Made by a program: the position numbers and the translations under genes. A model generated the notes under the pieces. It saw only the letters and a program-made list of their open reading frames with translations, did not search any database and was not told the origin of the DNA. Below are positions 1 to 9,528 of a stretch of DNA of 64,000 nt, one piece after another (within the stretch, counting starts at the first letter, position 1; every line of letters begins with the position of its first letter). Source of the stretch: a bacterium (GTDB lineage Bacteria > Zhuqueibacterota > Zhuqueibacteria > Residuimicrobiales > Krinioviventaceae); the NCBI GenBank assembly GCA_963693055.1, contig OY843751.1, forward strand, positions 2,240,001 to 2,304,000, written 5' to 3'.

Positions 1-168
1 CGCAATGAAAGAGGGCGGGACTTGGAAGAGCAGCTATTGTTGAAAATCATTACTTTATCAGCAAATGGTGTATCTGCTTTCTTGTATCAATCGGGCTTCC
101 CCAATGCGCGCATTGACGATCCGTCCGAGCAATCAATACTTGATGTGATCAGGGAATCGTTACGATAA
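1..168 (+). CDS. 3' end of an unidentified CDS (partial)
   Basis: Frame 1 is open from the window edge to TAA at 166-168 (RNERGRDLEEQLLLKII...DVIRESLR*); family not recognised. Confidence 0.3.
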   Translation, partial: RNERGRDLEEQLLLKIITLSANGVSAFLYQSGFPNARIDDPSEQSILDVIRESLR

Positions 169-256
169 ATTAATGCGTTGTTTTTGAAAAAATGTTTGAT
201 ATTAAAAAAAAACAACGATTATTTTGTTCACTTTTTTAAATAAAAGAGGTCATAAC

Positions 257-382
257 ATGGGTGACAAAGGTAAAAAAGATCATGAAAAGAAACAAAAACA
301 AAAGTTGCTTCAGGAAAAGGCCAAGACTAAAAAGAAACAAGAAATGGACCAAGAGGCAATTCAATGGAAAGACAAAAAATAG
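257..382 (+). CDS. small Lys/Gln-rich basic protein (41 aa)
   Basis: Manual translation MGDKGKKDHEKKQKQKLLQEKAKTKKKQEMDQEAIQWKDKK; AGAGGT RBS upstream of ATG 257; below the ORF-track cutoff. Confidence 0.6.
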   Translation: MGDKGKKDHEKKQKQKLLQEKAKTKKKQEMDQEAIQWKDKK

Positions 383-466
383 TGTTCGTGTTTAGAGAAA
401 ACTGGTAATAATCTCTTTTTGGAATAAGATTTAATTTATTGATCAAATCCAACTTTTTTTTTAGAA

Positions 467-823
467 ATGTATCAGATTTCGAACAAATCAGCAAGGATAG
501 AGGTAATTATGCAGAGCGATGGAAATATTATATTTGTTGGTATGAAAATTAATGAAAGACTTCAAGAACATCTTGATGCCAGCAAGCCTTCTATGAAATC
601 ATTCTATGAGACTAATAATCCAGAATTTCTTCAGATCATGAATATTGACCATGATGATTACATTGGTAAAGTTATTAAAAGTGGTTCCTCTATTGAGATT
701 TTTAGCAACATACTTTTGAATGTGAAATCTATGCTTAAAATGATATGCCCCAGATTCATCTTTGCTGATAACACTTTTACGATTTTGGCACTTAACACAA
801 TGCCGTCTAGAACTTTTTACTAA
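467..823 (+). CDS. hypothetical protein (start probably ATG 509)
   Basis: ORF track; GAGGT RBS before ATG 509. Confidence 0.6.
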   Translation: MYQISNKSARIEVIMQSDGNIIFVGMKINERLQEHLDASKPSMKSFYETNNPEFLQIMNIDHDDYIGKVIKSGSSIEIFSNILLNVKSMLKMICPRFIFADNTFTILALNTMPSRTFY

Positions 824-894
824 TAAGTATTGGATTGTATAGCGATTATTAATCCAAAAAAGTTGTGAACATTTTAATCAAAAAGGAAATTACT

Positions 895-1176
895 ATGAAT
901 ATTTATGTAGGTAATCTGTCATCTGACGTAACCGAAGATGATTTAAGAGAACCATTTGAAGCTTTTGGCAAGATTGATTCCGTTACCCTTGTCAAGGACA
1001 AATACAGTGGTGATTCAAAAGGCTTTGGATTTGTAGAGATGTCTTCTAAAAATGAAGCACATTCTGCTATCGATGGCTTAAATGGCAAGAACTTGAAAGG
1101 TAAAAGTATCACAGTTAATGAAGCTCGGCCTCGACCAGATAAAAATAAACGACATGGAGGAGGAAGACGTTTTTGA
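895..1176 (+). CDS. RRM/RNP-1 RNA-binding protein
   Basis: RNP2 'NIYVGNL', RNP1 'KGFGFVEM', 'ITVNEARPR' and Gly/Arg tail; AAGGA RBS before ATG 895. Confidence 0.95.
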   Translation: MNIYVGNLSSDVTEDDLREPFEAFGKIDSVTLVKDKYSGDSKGFGFVEMSSKNEAHSAIDGLNGKNLKGKSITVNEARPRPDKNKRHGGGRRF

Positions 1177-1425
1177 AAAAACGATTCTATGAATAAACAT
1201 TAAATATTATATCCCGAGCGCTTTACAGTTTTATCAAACCCAATTACTCACAGTCTACCTCTCAATTAGATAAATTTATATGACTATTAATGAGATTAAT
1301 TGTCCGGTTTAAAATTTTGTGAGTATAGACCTGATTAACTGATTGTAAAAAACAAGTTAGTGGGCTAACGTTTTCATAGGACATAATTCGCTAACAAGCA
1401 AATAAAGAGAAAGAAGATCAACAAT

Positions 1426-1623
1426 ATGTCGAATTCAGAAAACATCAGAGGCGGAACACGTTCTCCTGGTGGGCGGGTGAGAGATTTTTTTTACTGGTTG
1501 AGTGGACTTTGGTCGCCTAAATATACTCCCACAAGATCACGATATGGAGACAAAAAGAGGAAATTAATGTACCGGAATTCAGATTCTAGAGCTCAGTCAC
1601 AAGAAAAAGATAAGAGTAAATGA
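1426..1623 (+). CDS. small basic hypothetical protein
   Basis: 65-aa ORF with purine-rich upstream region; no recognised family. Confidence 0.4.
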   Translation: MSNSENIRGGTRSPGGRVRDFFYWLSGLWSPKYTPTRSRYGDKKRKLMYRNSDSRAQSQEKDKSK

Positions 1624-1802
1624 AGGATATAACCTTCTGCGTTTTTAATGCTTTATTAGCAACATTACTAATAAAAAAAATCAATTTACAGGATTGTTGT
1701 TGTAAATACTTGCCGGGAGTGTTTTTAACTTGCAGAAAAGAACAATTACCGGAAATAACAACTTTTTTCTGTTGAAAGAAATATTAAATCAGGGAGAATA
1801 GC

Positions 1803-2693
1803 ATGATCTTTATTATAGCAGTACTTGTTTCCATTACAGCCTTTTTTATATGGCGACATGCCAGGCAGATGGTAAAGCAGAAAAATGTAGCATATCAGAC
1901 TGTAAAAAACGGAAGCCTTTTGGCTTTAGTGATATTTGGGGTTTTTGCAATGATTCAATGTTTTACACAGGTCCCGGCAGGGCACGTTGGAGTTGTTGAT
2001 TTTTTTGGTATTGTGTCAGAAAGAACGCTTCCTTCTGGTATCAACTTGGTGAATCCATTTGCACGTGTAATCAAATTTTCCATTCAGACCAAAGAACACA
2101 AGGAAACCATGGAAGTGCTCTCGCGTGAAGGGCTAACTATTGGTTTAGAGATAAGCGCACTTTACCGGCTAAATCCAGACTCTTCGGCACGCGTTTACAA
2201 GACTGTTGCCGGAGGCGACTATGAAACCATTATTCTAATCCCGCAATTTCGTTCCATCAGCCGCGCCGTTACGGCAAGTTTTCAGGCTAGCGCCCTCTAT
2301 TCAACCGAACGTGACCAGCTTGGCATGGCCATTCAGGAAGAGCTTGCCAAAGTTGTTTCGCCGCGCGGTGTCATTATAGAGACAACTCCATTGCGTAATG
2401 TAGCGCTGCCGGTTCAGCTAACCGAAGCGATTGAGCAAAAACAAAAAGCCGATCAGGAGAGCCAGCGGATGGAATTTATACTGACGAAAGAGAAACAGGA
2501 AGCTGACAGAAAACGGATAGAAGCAAAGGGTATTGCCGATTTTCAGACTATTGTGGCAGCAGGTATCAGCGAGCAATTGCTGCGTTGGAAGGGAATAGAA
2601 GCCACGGAAAAACTCGCAAGCTCTCAAAACACCAAAGTGATCATTGTCGGCGCTGGGAAAGACGGATTGCCGATAATCTTGGATACAAATTAG
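1803..2693 (+). CDS. SPFH/prohibitin (band 7) membrane protein
   Basis: N-terminal TM segments, 'VPAGHVGV', 'EVLSREGL', coiled coil 'AIEQKQKADQE...EAKGIADFQ'. Confidence 0.9.
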   Translation: MIFIIAVLVSITAFFIWRHARQMVKQKNVAYQTVKNGSLLALVIFGVFAMIQCFTQVPAGHVGVVDFFGIVSERTLPSGINLVNPFARVIKFSIQTKEHKETMEVLSREGLTIGLEISALYRLNPDSSARVYKTVAGGDYETIILIPQFRSISRAVTASFQASALYSTERDQLGMAIQEELAKVVSPRGVIIETTPLRNVALPVQLTEAIEQKQKADQESQRMEFILTKEKQEADRKRIEAKGIADFQTIVAAGISEQLLRWKGIEATEKLASSQNTKVIIVGAGKDGLPIILDTN

Positions 2694-2808
2694 GATGTCT
2701 CTATTGATTCGATTTATTGAATCCCAACATATTGTTTTTTCTTGGTGAACGGAGTTATGTTATTGTTTATCAAACATTTTTCACAAAAAAAAGTTAATTG
2801 AACAATAT

Positions 2809-3054
2809 ATGAAAAAAACAAAGTTTCAAAACAATAAAGAGTCCAATACTTATAAAAAACTCGCGTTGCCATTTCAACGTCGTCTTTATCGAACAGCGCT
2901 TATTTTGACAAAAAGTTCAAATTTGGCAGAAACGCTGGTTGTCGAGACTAATATTAAAGCCAGAAAACTATATCATCAACAAAAATTAGATAAAAATTTT
3001 AACATTGGCGTCTTGTTATTTCAGTTTTTATTAAAAAATTTCAAGTCAGATTAG
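2809..3054 (+). pseudogene. degenerate ECF sigma-70 region-2-like fragment
   Basis: 'LALPFQRRLYRTALILTKSSNLAETLVVETNIKA' resembles ECF region 2 (LYRxALRLTxNxxDAEDLVQETxLKA); only 81 aa, no region 4. Confidence 0.5.
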
Positions 3055-3183
3055 GAAAAATTAGGATTGATATGATATTTTGTACTTTATTATTTGCCTT
3101 TATAAGTATAATGATCATTCAATACTTGCAATACAATCCATTTTTGAAACACACAAATTTTACAACTAATATAACAAAGTAAA

Positions 3184-3660
3184 ATGGAGACTTTAATGTA
3201 TGTTGAGAAGAATAGAGTGGTCACACTTTATTATACACTGAGTTTGGATTCAGGGGAAATAATAGATTCAACGCCCCTACAAAAACCGTTGCATATTCTT
3301 GTTGGGTATCATCACATTCTTCCAGGATTGGAAAATGCAATAATTGGAATGAAAAGTGGTGATAAAAAAAGTGGTACAATTGAACCCAAAGATGCATATG
3401 GACTTGTTGATGAAAAACTTTTTAAAGAATATCCGCGAGATCTTTTCCCCGTGAACATTACTTTACAAAATGGCCAAAGATTAAACAAACTAATGAAAAA
3501 TGGTCAGCAGATTAAAGTGGTTGTAAAATCATTTAATGCAACTAGAGTCGTTCTCGATTCAAATCATCCTCTTGCCGGGCAAGAATTGAAATTTAAAACC
3601 AAGATTGTAAATATCAGGAAAGCTACTCTTGAAGAACTGAAATCTGGAATACAAAATTGA
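3184..3660 (+). CDS. slyD: FKBP-type peptidyl-prolyl isomerase, SlyD-like
   Basis: 'VVTLYYTL...GEIIDST', 'ILPGLENAIIG', 'DAYG', 'VLDSNHPLAGQELKF...IRKATLEE'; lacks the His-rich tail. Confidence 0.9.
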   Translation: METLMYVEKNRVVTLYYTLSLDSGEIIDSTPLQKPLHILVGYHHILPGLENAIIGMKSGDKKSGTIEPKDAYGLVDEKLFKEYPRDLFPVNITLQNGQRLNKLMKNGQQIKVVVKSFNATRVVLDSNHPLAGQELKFKTKIVNIRKATLEELKSGIQN

Positions 3661-3812
3661 TGGATTAAAGATATGTGTTTACTTTTTCTTGAAAATAGAT
3701 AGTCTGGATTGAAAAGAACAGTAACATTATTTTTACTGGTGAATTTGCTACTTTTTTAATTTTTAGCTTAACAAAAGTAAACCAGATGTTTATCAAATTT
3801 ATAATGATATAA

Positions 3813-5513
3813 TTGAAAGGCTTGTGTATGAAAAATTTATTGGAAAAAGGAACCCGGTGCCTCATAATACAGTCTGAATTTTCAGAATATAGTTACTGGA
3901 ATTACACTGATATATGTAAGCTTTTGGGAGCAAAATATCCTGCCGCGCCCCTGGGCTTGATGACTGTAGCTGCTTTGTTACCACAGCAGTGGAAATTCAA
4001 GTTGATTGATAAAAATGTTGAACCTTTACTGGATGAGCACTTTGAGTGGGCAGATATTGTTTGTATTGGAGGTATGCTTCCTCAGCAAAAAAGTATGATA
4101 TCTATCATTAATAAAGCACATCAATATGGTCTTCCCGTTGTTATCGGCGGACCGGACCCAACGTTGCAACCCCAAATGTATCAATCAGCAGATTACCTTG
4201 TACTTGGTGAAGGCGAGGTCACCATTCCCATGTTCATACAAGATTTGGAAAAAGGCAGTAAGAGAGGTGAATACAGGTCAGATGAGAGAGCAGATATGAC
4301 CCGAGCTGTGGTCCCAAGGTTCGATTTAATTCGTTTCAAAGATTATATCCAGGTGGGGATACAGTATTCCCGCGGTTGTCCCTTTAATTGTGAATTTTGT
4401 GATATTATAGAACTCAATGGCCGGAAATCGCGGACCAAAACCGAAGCGCAGGTCATAAAAGAACTCCAAAAGCTTTATGATCTTGGCTATCGGGGGCATA
4501 TTGACTTTGTGGATGATAATTTTATTGGTAACAAATATAATGTTAGAAAAGTACTGCCCGTAATTAAGGAGTGGTCTATTGAACACCATTATCCCTTTTA
4601 TTTTTCAACAGAAGCTTCATTAAATTTGGCCGATGATGAGGAGCTTTTACAAATGATGCAAGATGTGGATTTCAGGTTTGTATTTATTGGCATTGAGACG
4701 CCGGATAATGCAATATTAAAACAGACAAACAAGACCGCAAATATCAACATTTCCATTGATAAGGCGATAAGCAAGATTTACGCTTATGGCATGATTGTCA
4801 ATGCAGGTTTTATCATTGGTTTTGATAATGAAACCGATCAAACCGCTGAAAACATGATCAGCTGTATTCAGGATTCAGGGATATGCATGGCAATGCTGGG
4901 AACGTTGTATGCACTTCCAAATACGCAATTATCCCGGCGTTTGCAAAGTGAGGGTCGATTGATAGAAGAGGGATCTGAACTTAGGAAGGACATGTCCTTA
5001 ATAGATCAAATGACCAGCGGCTTAAACTTTATCACTTTAAGACCCAGGATTGATGTTTTGAAAGACTATGTCCAGGTTATTAAATATATCTATGAGCCAA
5101 AACGCTATTATGAGAGAGCCATCCATATGGGCCTTCAGTTGAAACCAGATTATAAATACAGACCGACTTTGAGAAAAAAATTCAAGTTAGCAAAAGCATT
5201 CCTAAAACTTGGTATAAAAGCAGGATTTAATAACATAACAGGATGGCACTATTGGAGGATGCTTACCACAATTGCATTTAAAAATCCAAAAGCACTTGAA
5301 GCGATGGTAAATTTAGCGGCCATGTATATACATTTTCAAAAGATGTCAAAATTTATTATTGACCTTACAACCATAGATATCCAAAAATTAGAGCATGGTG
5401 AAAAAGAGGTCTCAATTCAATTCTTGTTTCAAAACGAAAAATTTATACAGATCCACTCCTTACAAAAAGAGATTGTGGCAAACAGAGCTGCACCGCTTGT
5501 CACTTTTAAATAG
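3813..5513 (+). CDS. B12-binding-domain radical SAM protein (DUF4070-type C-terminus)
   Basis: 'PLGLMTVAALLP', 'VIGGPDPT', CxxxCxxC in 'RGCPFNCEFCDI'. Confidence 0.9.
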   Translation: MKGLCMKNLLEKGTRCLIIQSEFSEYSYWNYTDICKLLGAKYPAAPLGLMTVAALLPQQWKFKLIDKNVEPLLDEHFEWADIVCIGGMLPQQKSMISIINKAHQYGLPVVIGGPDPTLQPQMYQSADYLVLGEGEVTIPMFIQDLEKGSKRGEYRSDERADMTRAVVPRFDLIRFKDYIQVGIQYSRGCPFNCEFCDIIELNGRKSRTKTEAQVIKELQKLYDLGYRGHIDFVDDNFIGNKYNVRKVLPVIKEWSIEHHYPFYFSTEASLNLADDEELLQMMQDVDFRFVFIGIETPDNAILKQTNKTANINISIDKAISKIYAYGMIVNAGFIIGFDNETDQTAENMISCIQDSGICMAMLGTLYALPNTQLSRRLQSEGRLIEEGSELRKDMSLIDQMTSGLNFITLRPRIDVLKDYVQVIKYIYEPKRYYERAIHMGLQLKPDYKYRPTLRKKFKLAKAFLKLGIKAGFNNITGWHYWRMLTTIAFKNPKALEAMVNLAAMYIHFQKMSKFIIDLTTIDIQKLEHGEKEVSIQFLFQNEKFIQIHSLQKEIVANRAAPLVTFK

Positions 5514-5515
5514 AT

Positions 5516-7867
5516 TTGTTTAAATCAAACCATTTTCTTTCTTGGTTAAAAAAAAACACAAAGAGAACCACTATGATAGATGAATTTAAAGGTCCCATAA
5601 TAAAACGCATTGCTTTTATTGGTAACTATTTGCCCCGCCAATGTGGAATTGCCACATTTACTACTGATTTGTGTGAAGCCATTGCTGCCGAATACAGCGA
5701 TACAACATGCATTGCATTACCCGTAAATGACAAAGAAACCGGATACGTTTATCCACCCCGTGTACGTTTTGAATTGACAGAAAAGGACATCGACTCGTAT
5801 CGCCGTGCCGCTGACTTTATAAACATCAATAATGTTGACCTCACATGTCTTCAATTCGAATATGGTATCTTTGGTGGACGAGCTGGCAGTCACATCCTGG
5901 CGCTCTTGCGCGAGCTGTGCATGCCTGTTGTCACAACTTTGCACACGATTTTACGCGATCCCAGTCCTGAACAACGTCGTGTTTTGGAAAAAGTCGCAGC
6001 GCTATCCGATCGGTTGGTTGTTATGAGTGAACGGGGTGTAGAATTTTTAAAAAAAGTCTATAAAGTGTCACCAAATAAGATAGATTTTATTCCTCACGGA
6101 ATTCCTGACGTGCCTTTTGTCGACCCGAGCTTTCACAAAGATCTGTTTGGTGTTGAGGGCAAAACCGTTTTACTGAGCTTTGGCCTGCTCTCTGCGAATA
6201 AAGGCATCGAGACTGTTATTTCGGCACTTCCTGCCATTGTCGCCCGTTATCCTGACTTGGTATACATCATCCTTGGCGCCACTCACCCACATGTCATTCA
6301 ACACGAAGGTGAAGCTTATCGTTTATCCCTACAATTGCTGACTCAGGAGAAAGGTGTGGAGAACCATGTTGTTTTCTACAACCAGTTTGTCAGTTTAGAT
6401 GAACTTGTGCAGTTCATTGGGGCGGCAGATATTTACATTACACCTTATCTCAATGCAGCGCAGATCACCTCTGGTACACTGGCCTATACTCTGGGTGCAG
6501 GTAAAGCCATTATTTCGACACCGTATTGGTATGCAGAAGAAATACTGGCCAAAGGAAGAGGGGTTTTGGTTCCTTTTCAGGATCCGAACGCAATGGCCAG
6601 TCAGGTGATTAACCTTTTAGATAACGAATCCCAGCGCCACGCCATGCGAAAGCGAGCCTATGTATTTGGACGTGATATGATTTGGCCGCAAGTGGCACGA
6701 CGTTATATGGAAAGCTTTGAACGCGCAAGCGCCGATCGCAGGCATTTCATTTCGGCCGGTTTAGTGATCAAACCGCTCAAACAACGTTCAAGTGTCTTGC
6801 CGTCAATCAAACTCGATCACCTGCATCATATGACGGACGATACCGGTGTGTTACAACACGCTTCTTTTATAATACCCAACTATTACGAGGGATACAGCAT
6901 TGACGATAATGCCCGTGCTCTAATAGTGAGCACCTTTCTTGCAGAATTGGAACCGGGTAACAGAGAAGCCTTGGACCTGGCTTCTTGTTATCTCGCATTT
7001 ATCGGCTATGCATTCAATACTGAAACCGGCCGTTTTCGTAACTTTATGAATTATCAGCGAAACTGGCTAGAGAAAAGTGGTTCGGAGGACAGTCATGGCC
7101 GCACATTGTGGGCGTTGGGAACTGTTTTGGGCCGTTCCAGCAACCCGGCCCTGCAAAGCATGACCGGCAGTCTGTTTGAACAAGCCTTGCCATCTATTCT
7201 CAACACAACCAGCCCACGGGCCTGGGCCTTTACCCTCATTGGTATACACGAATATCTGCGACGTTTTGATGGCGATCGCCAGGCCAGTCAAATTCGCGAT
7301 AATTTAGCTGAACGTTTACTAAAGTTGTATCATAGTAATCGATTTGATGATTGGCTCTGGTTTGAAGCAGGATTAACGTATTGTAACGCTGTACTGTCAC
7401 AGGCCATGCTGATGTGCGGTCAATGGATCCCGAACAAGGCTATGACTGAGGCCGGACTGGAATCGCTCGGTTGGCTGGCTGAAATACAAAGAGCAGAAAC
7501 AATGGGTGGGCATTTTGTACCTATCGGCTCTAACGGATTTTTCGAACGTGGGGGTGAACAGTCTAGATTTGATCAACAACCGGTAGAGGCCCAAACTATG
7601 GCTTCCGCCTGTCTTGAAGCTTTCCGCAACACAGGTGACGAACGCTGGCTTAAAGAAGCACGGCGTGCCTTTGATTGGTTTTTGGGGCGTAATGACTTGA
7701 ACCTGCCTGTTTATGATCCAACAACAGGGGGATGCCGGGACGGCCTACATCCTGACCGCCCAAATGAAAATCAAGGTGCCGAGTCAACACTTGCGTTTCT
7801 ACAGACTTTGTTAGAGTTGCGCCTGTCTGAGAATTTTTCACTATCAATGGAGACACAAACAAAATGA
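5516..7867 (+). CDS. GT4 glycosyltransferase fused to a C-terminal six-hairpin glycosidase-like domain (start probably 5573)
   Basis: 'YLPRQCGIATFT', 'FGLLSANKGIE', 'QITSGTLAY'; C-terminal 'DDTGVLQHA...YSIDDNARAL...NENQGAESTL'. Confidence 0.9.
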   Translation: MFKSNHFLSWLKKNTKRTTMIDEFKGPIIKRIAFIGNYLPRQCGIATFTTDLCEAIAAEYSDTTCIALPVNDKETGYVYPPRVRFELTEKDIDSYRRAADFININNVDLTCLQFEYGIFGGRAGSHILALLRELCMPVVTTLHTILRDPSPEQRRVLEKVAALSDRLVVMSERGVEFLKKVYKVSPNKIDFIPHGIPDVPFVDPSFHKDLFGVEGKTVLLSFGLLSANKGIETVISALPAIVARYPDLVYIILGATHPHVIQHEGEAYRLSLQLLTQEKGVENHVVFYNQFVSLDELVQFIGAADIYITPYLNAAQITSGTLAYTLGAGKAIISTPYWYAEEILAKGRGVLVPFQDPNAMASQVINLLDNESQRHAMRKRAYVFGRDMIWPQVARRYMESFERASADRRHFISAGLVIKPLKQRSSVLPSIKLDHLHHMTDDTGVLQHASFIIPNYYEGYSIDDNARALIVSTFLAELEPGNREALDLASCYLAFIGYAFNTETGRFRNFMNYQRNWLEKSGSEDSHGRTLWALGTVLGRSSNPALQSMTGSLFEQALPSILNTTSPRAWAFTLIGIHEYLRRFDGDRQASQIRDNLAERLLKLYHSNRFDDWLWFEAGLTYCNAVLSQAMLMCGQWIPNKAMTEAGLESLGWLAEIQRAETMGGHFVPIGSNGFFERGGEQSRFDQQPVEAQTMASACLEAFRNTGDERWLKEARRAFDWFLGRNDLNLPVYDPTTGGCRDGLHPDRPNENQGAESTLAFLQTLLELRLSENFSLSMETQTK

Positions 7868-8805
7868 ATCTAAAATATTCCGAACTTTTTCACCGTTACC
7901 AGTTGAATCCTATTTTGACTGCTGCCGATTGGCCTTATCCGGTTCATACGGTATTTAATCCTGCTGCAACACTGTTACCCAATGGTATGACTTTGCTTTT
8001 GTGTCGGGTTGAGGATCGCCGCGGGCATTCCCATTTATGTGCTGCGCGTTCCGTCAATGGAATGAATGATTGGCAGATTGATCCCCAACCCACTTTCCTG
8101 CCCGATCCTGAAAACTATCCGGAAGAATTGTGGGGTGTTGAAGATCCACGTATAACCTTTGTTAGCGAACTAAACAAGTATGCTGTCGTTTATACTGCCT
8201 ACACACGCGATGGTCCTGGTGTCTCTCTGGCCCTGACAGAAGATTTTCACCATTTTGAGCGCTATGGTTTGATTATGCAGCCGGAAGACAAAGATGCTGT
8301 ACTTTTACCGCATCGCATTGATGGGAATTGGGCATTGATACATCGCCCGGTTAGTTCGCCAGGCGCACATATGTGGATGTCCTTTTCAGCCGATCTAAGA
8401 CATTGGGGCAGCCACAAGCTGATACTGGAAGCGCGGCGTGGTGGGTGGTGGGATGCAAATAAAATTGGTCTTTCACCTCCCCCTATAAAAACTTTAAAAG
8501 GCTGGCTGGTGATCTACCATGGAGTGCGACAAAATGCAGCAGGTGCCATTTATCGGCTTGGTTTGGCCTTGTTTGATTTACATGCACCGCATATTTGCCT
8601 TAAACGTTGTAACGAATGGATTTTTGGTCCTGATGAACCTTTTGAGCAACGTGGCGATGTAGACAACGTTGTCTTTCCCTGCGGCTACACTATCGCTTCC
8701 GATGGAGACACAATCCAATTGTATTACGGCGCGGCAGATACGTGCATTGCTCTCGCCACAGCTAGTATAAATTCCCTGTTAGAGTGGTTGGATCAACAAA
8801 ATTGA
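7864..8805 (+). CDS. GH130-family glycosidase/phosphorylase
   Basis: 'VFNPAA', 'GVEDPRIT', 'DKDAVLLP', 'WLVIYHGV', 'GDVDNVVFPCG', 'YYGAADT'; overlaps the GT4 stop codon. Confidence 0.9.
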   Translation: MNLKYSELFHRYQLNPILTAADWPYPVHTVFNPAATLLPNGMTLLLCRVEDRRGHSHLCAARSVNGMNDWQIDPQPTFLPDPENYPEELWGVEDPRITFVSELNKYAVVYTAYTRDGPGVSLALTEDFHHFERYGLIMQPEDKDAVLLPHRIDGNWALIHRPVSSPGAHMWMSFSADLRHWGSHKLILEARRGGWWDANKIGLSPPPIKTLKGWLVIYHGVRQNAAGAIYRLGLALFDLHAPHICLKRCNEWIFGPDEPFEQRGDVDNVVFPCGYTIASDGDTIQLYYGAADTCIALATASINSLLEWLDQQN

Positions 8806-8917
8806 TATAGGACTTTTCTATTTTACACGATCTGGTTGGTAATTACCGAATCAAGGAATCTTTTTATCCTTACAAAACCCAATAAATAGTAACCATGGCT
8901 GTGATGTGTGGCTTTAA

Positions 8918-8993
8918 TACCGTTTTGCCGGATTGGAGGTCAAAGACGTCCAGGAGCTTTTCGGCCATTCTGACATAGATACAACAATCGTAG
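8918..8993 (+). pseudogene. remnant of a tyrosine recombinase C-terminus (box II)
   Basis: Manual translation YRFAGLEVKDVQELFGHSDIDTTIV, similar to Xer/IntI 'VQELLGHSDxxTTxIY'; in-frame stop at 8915; cut by the IS at 8994. Confidence 0.6.
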
Positions 8994-9077
8994 TGTTTCC
9001 GTATAAAGTTTAAGAATAAAATATTTTTAGTTTAGTGCATGGATTATTATCTTGTAAAAGAAAGGAGCATAAAATCC

Positions 9078-9365
9078 ATGCCAAAACAAAAGTATACATC
9101 AGAGTTCAAGGTCCGCACAGTGTTAGAAGGTCTCAAGTCACCAGACGGGATTGCCGCCTATTGTCGCCAAAAAGGGATTAGTGAGGTTCAATTTTATGGT
9201 TGGCAGAGACAGATGATCGAGAATGCGGATTCGGTATTCCACAAGATGTCCAAAGCTCAGGAACGCAAGGTTTCGCAAATGGAAGCAGATCTGAAACGCA
9301 AGGATGAAATCATAGCGGTGGTTACTGAAGAAGCGTTAGAGCTCAAAAAAAAACTGCGCAAATAA
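9078..9365 (+). CDS. IS3 transposase OrfA (HTH)
   Basis: 'KYTSEFKVRTVLEGL...IAAYCRQKGISEVQFYGW'; AAGGAG RBS; ends 'ELKKK' on A9 (9345-9353). Confidence 0.9.
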   Translation: MPKQKYTSEFKVRTVLEGLKSPDGIAAYCRQKGISEVQFYGWQRQMIENADSVFHKMSKAQERKVSQMEADLKRKDEIIAVVTEEALELKKKLRK

Positions 9366-9528
9366 AGCGTTACCGCCATCTGGATATTGCAACGCGAATG
9401 GATCTGTTAGGGATGCTGGAGCGCTATGCCAATACGGATGGAGTAAAGAATCAATATGCCGGAAATGGGGCCTCAGCCTCAATTCATTTTACTCATTCAA
9501 TCCGGCTCCAAAAGGAAAAGCAGGTTCG

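Noticed and set aside
1245-1330. Complementary segments TACTCACA/TGTGAGTA and GTCTA/TAGAC after the RRM gene (possible structured RNA)
   Set aside because: Short pairings in AT-rich DNA that could arise by chance; no recognisable riboswitch or ncRNA consensus.
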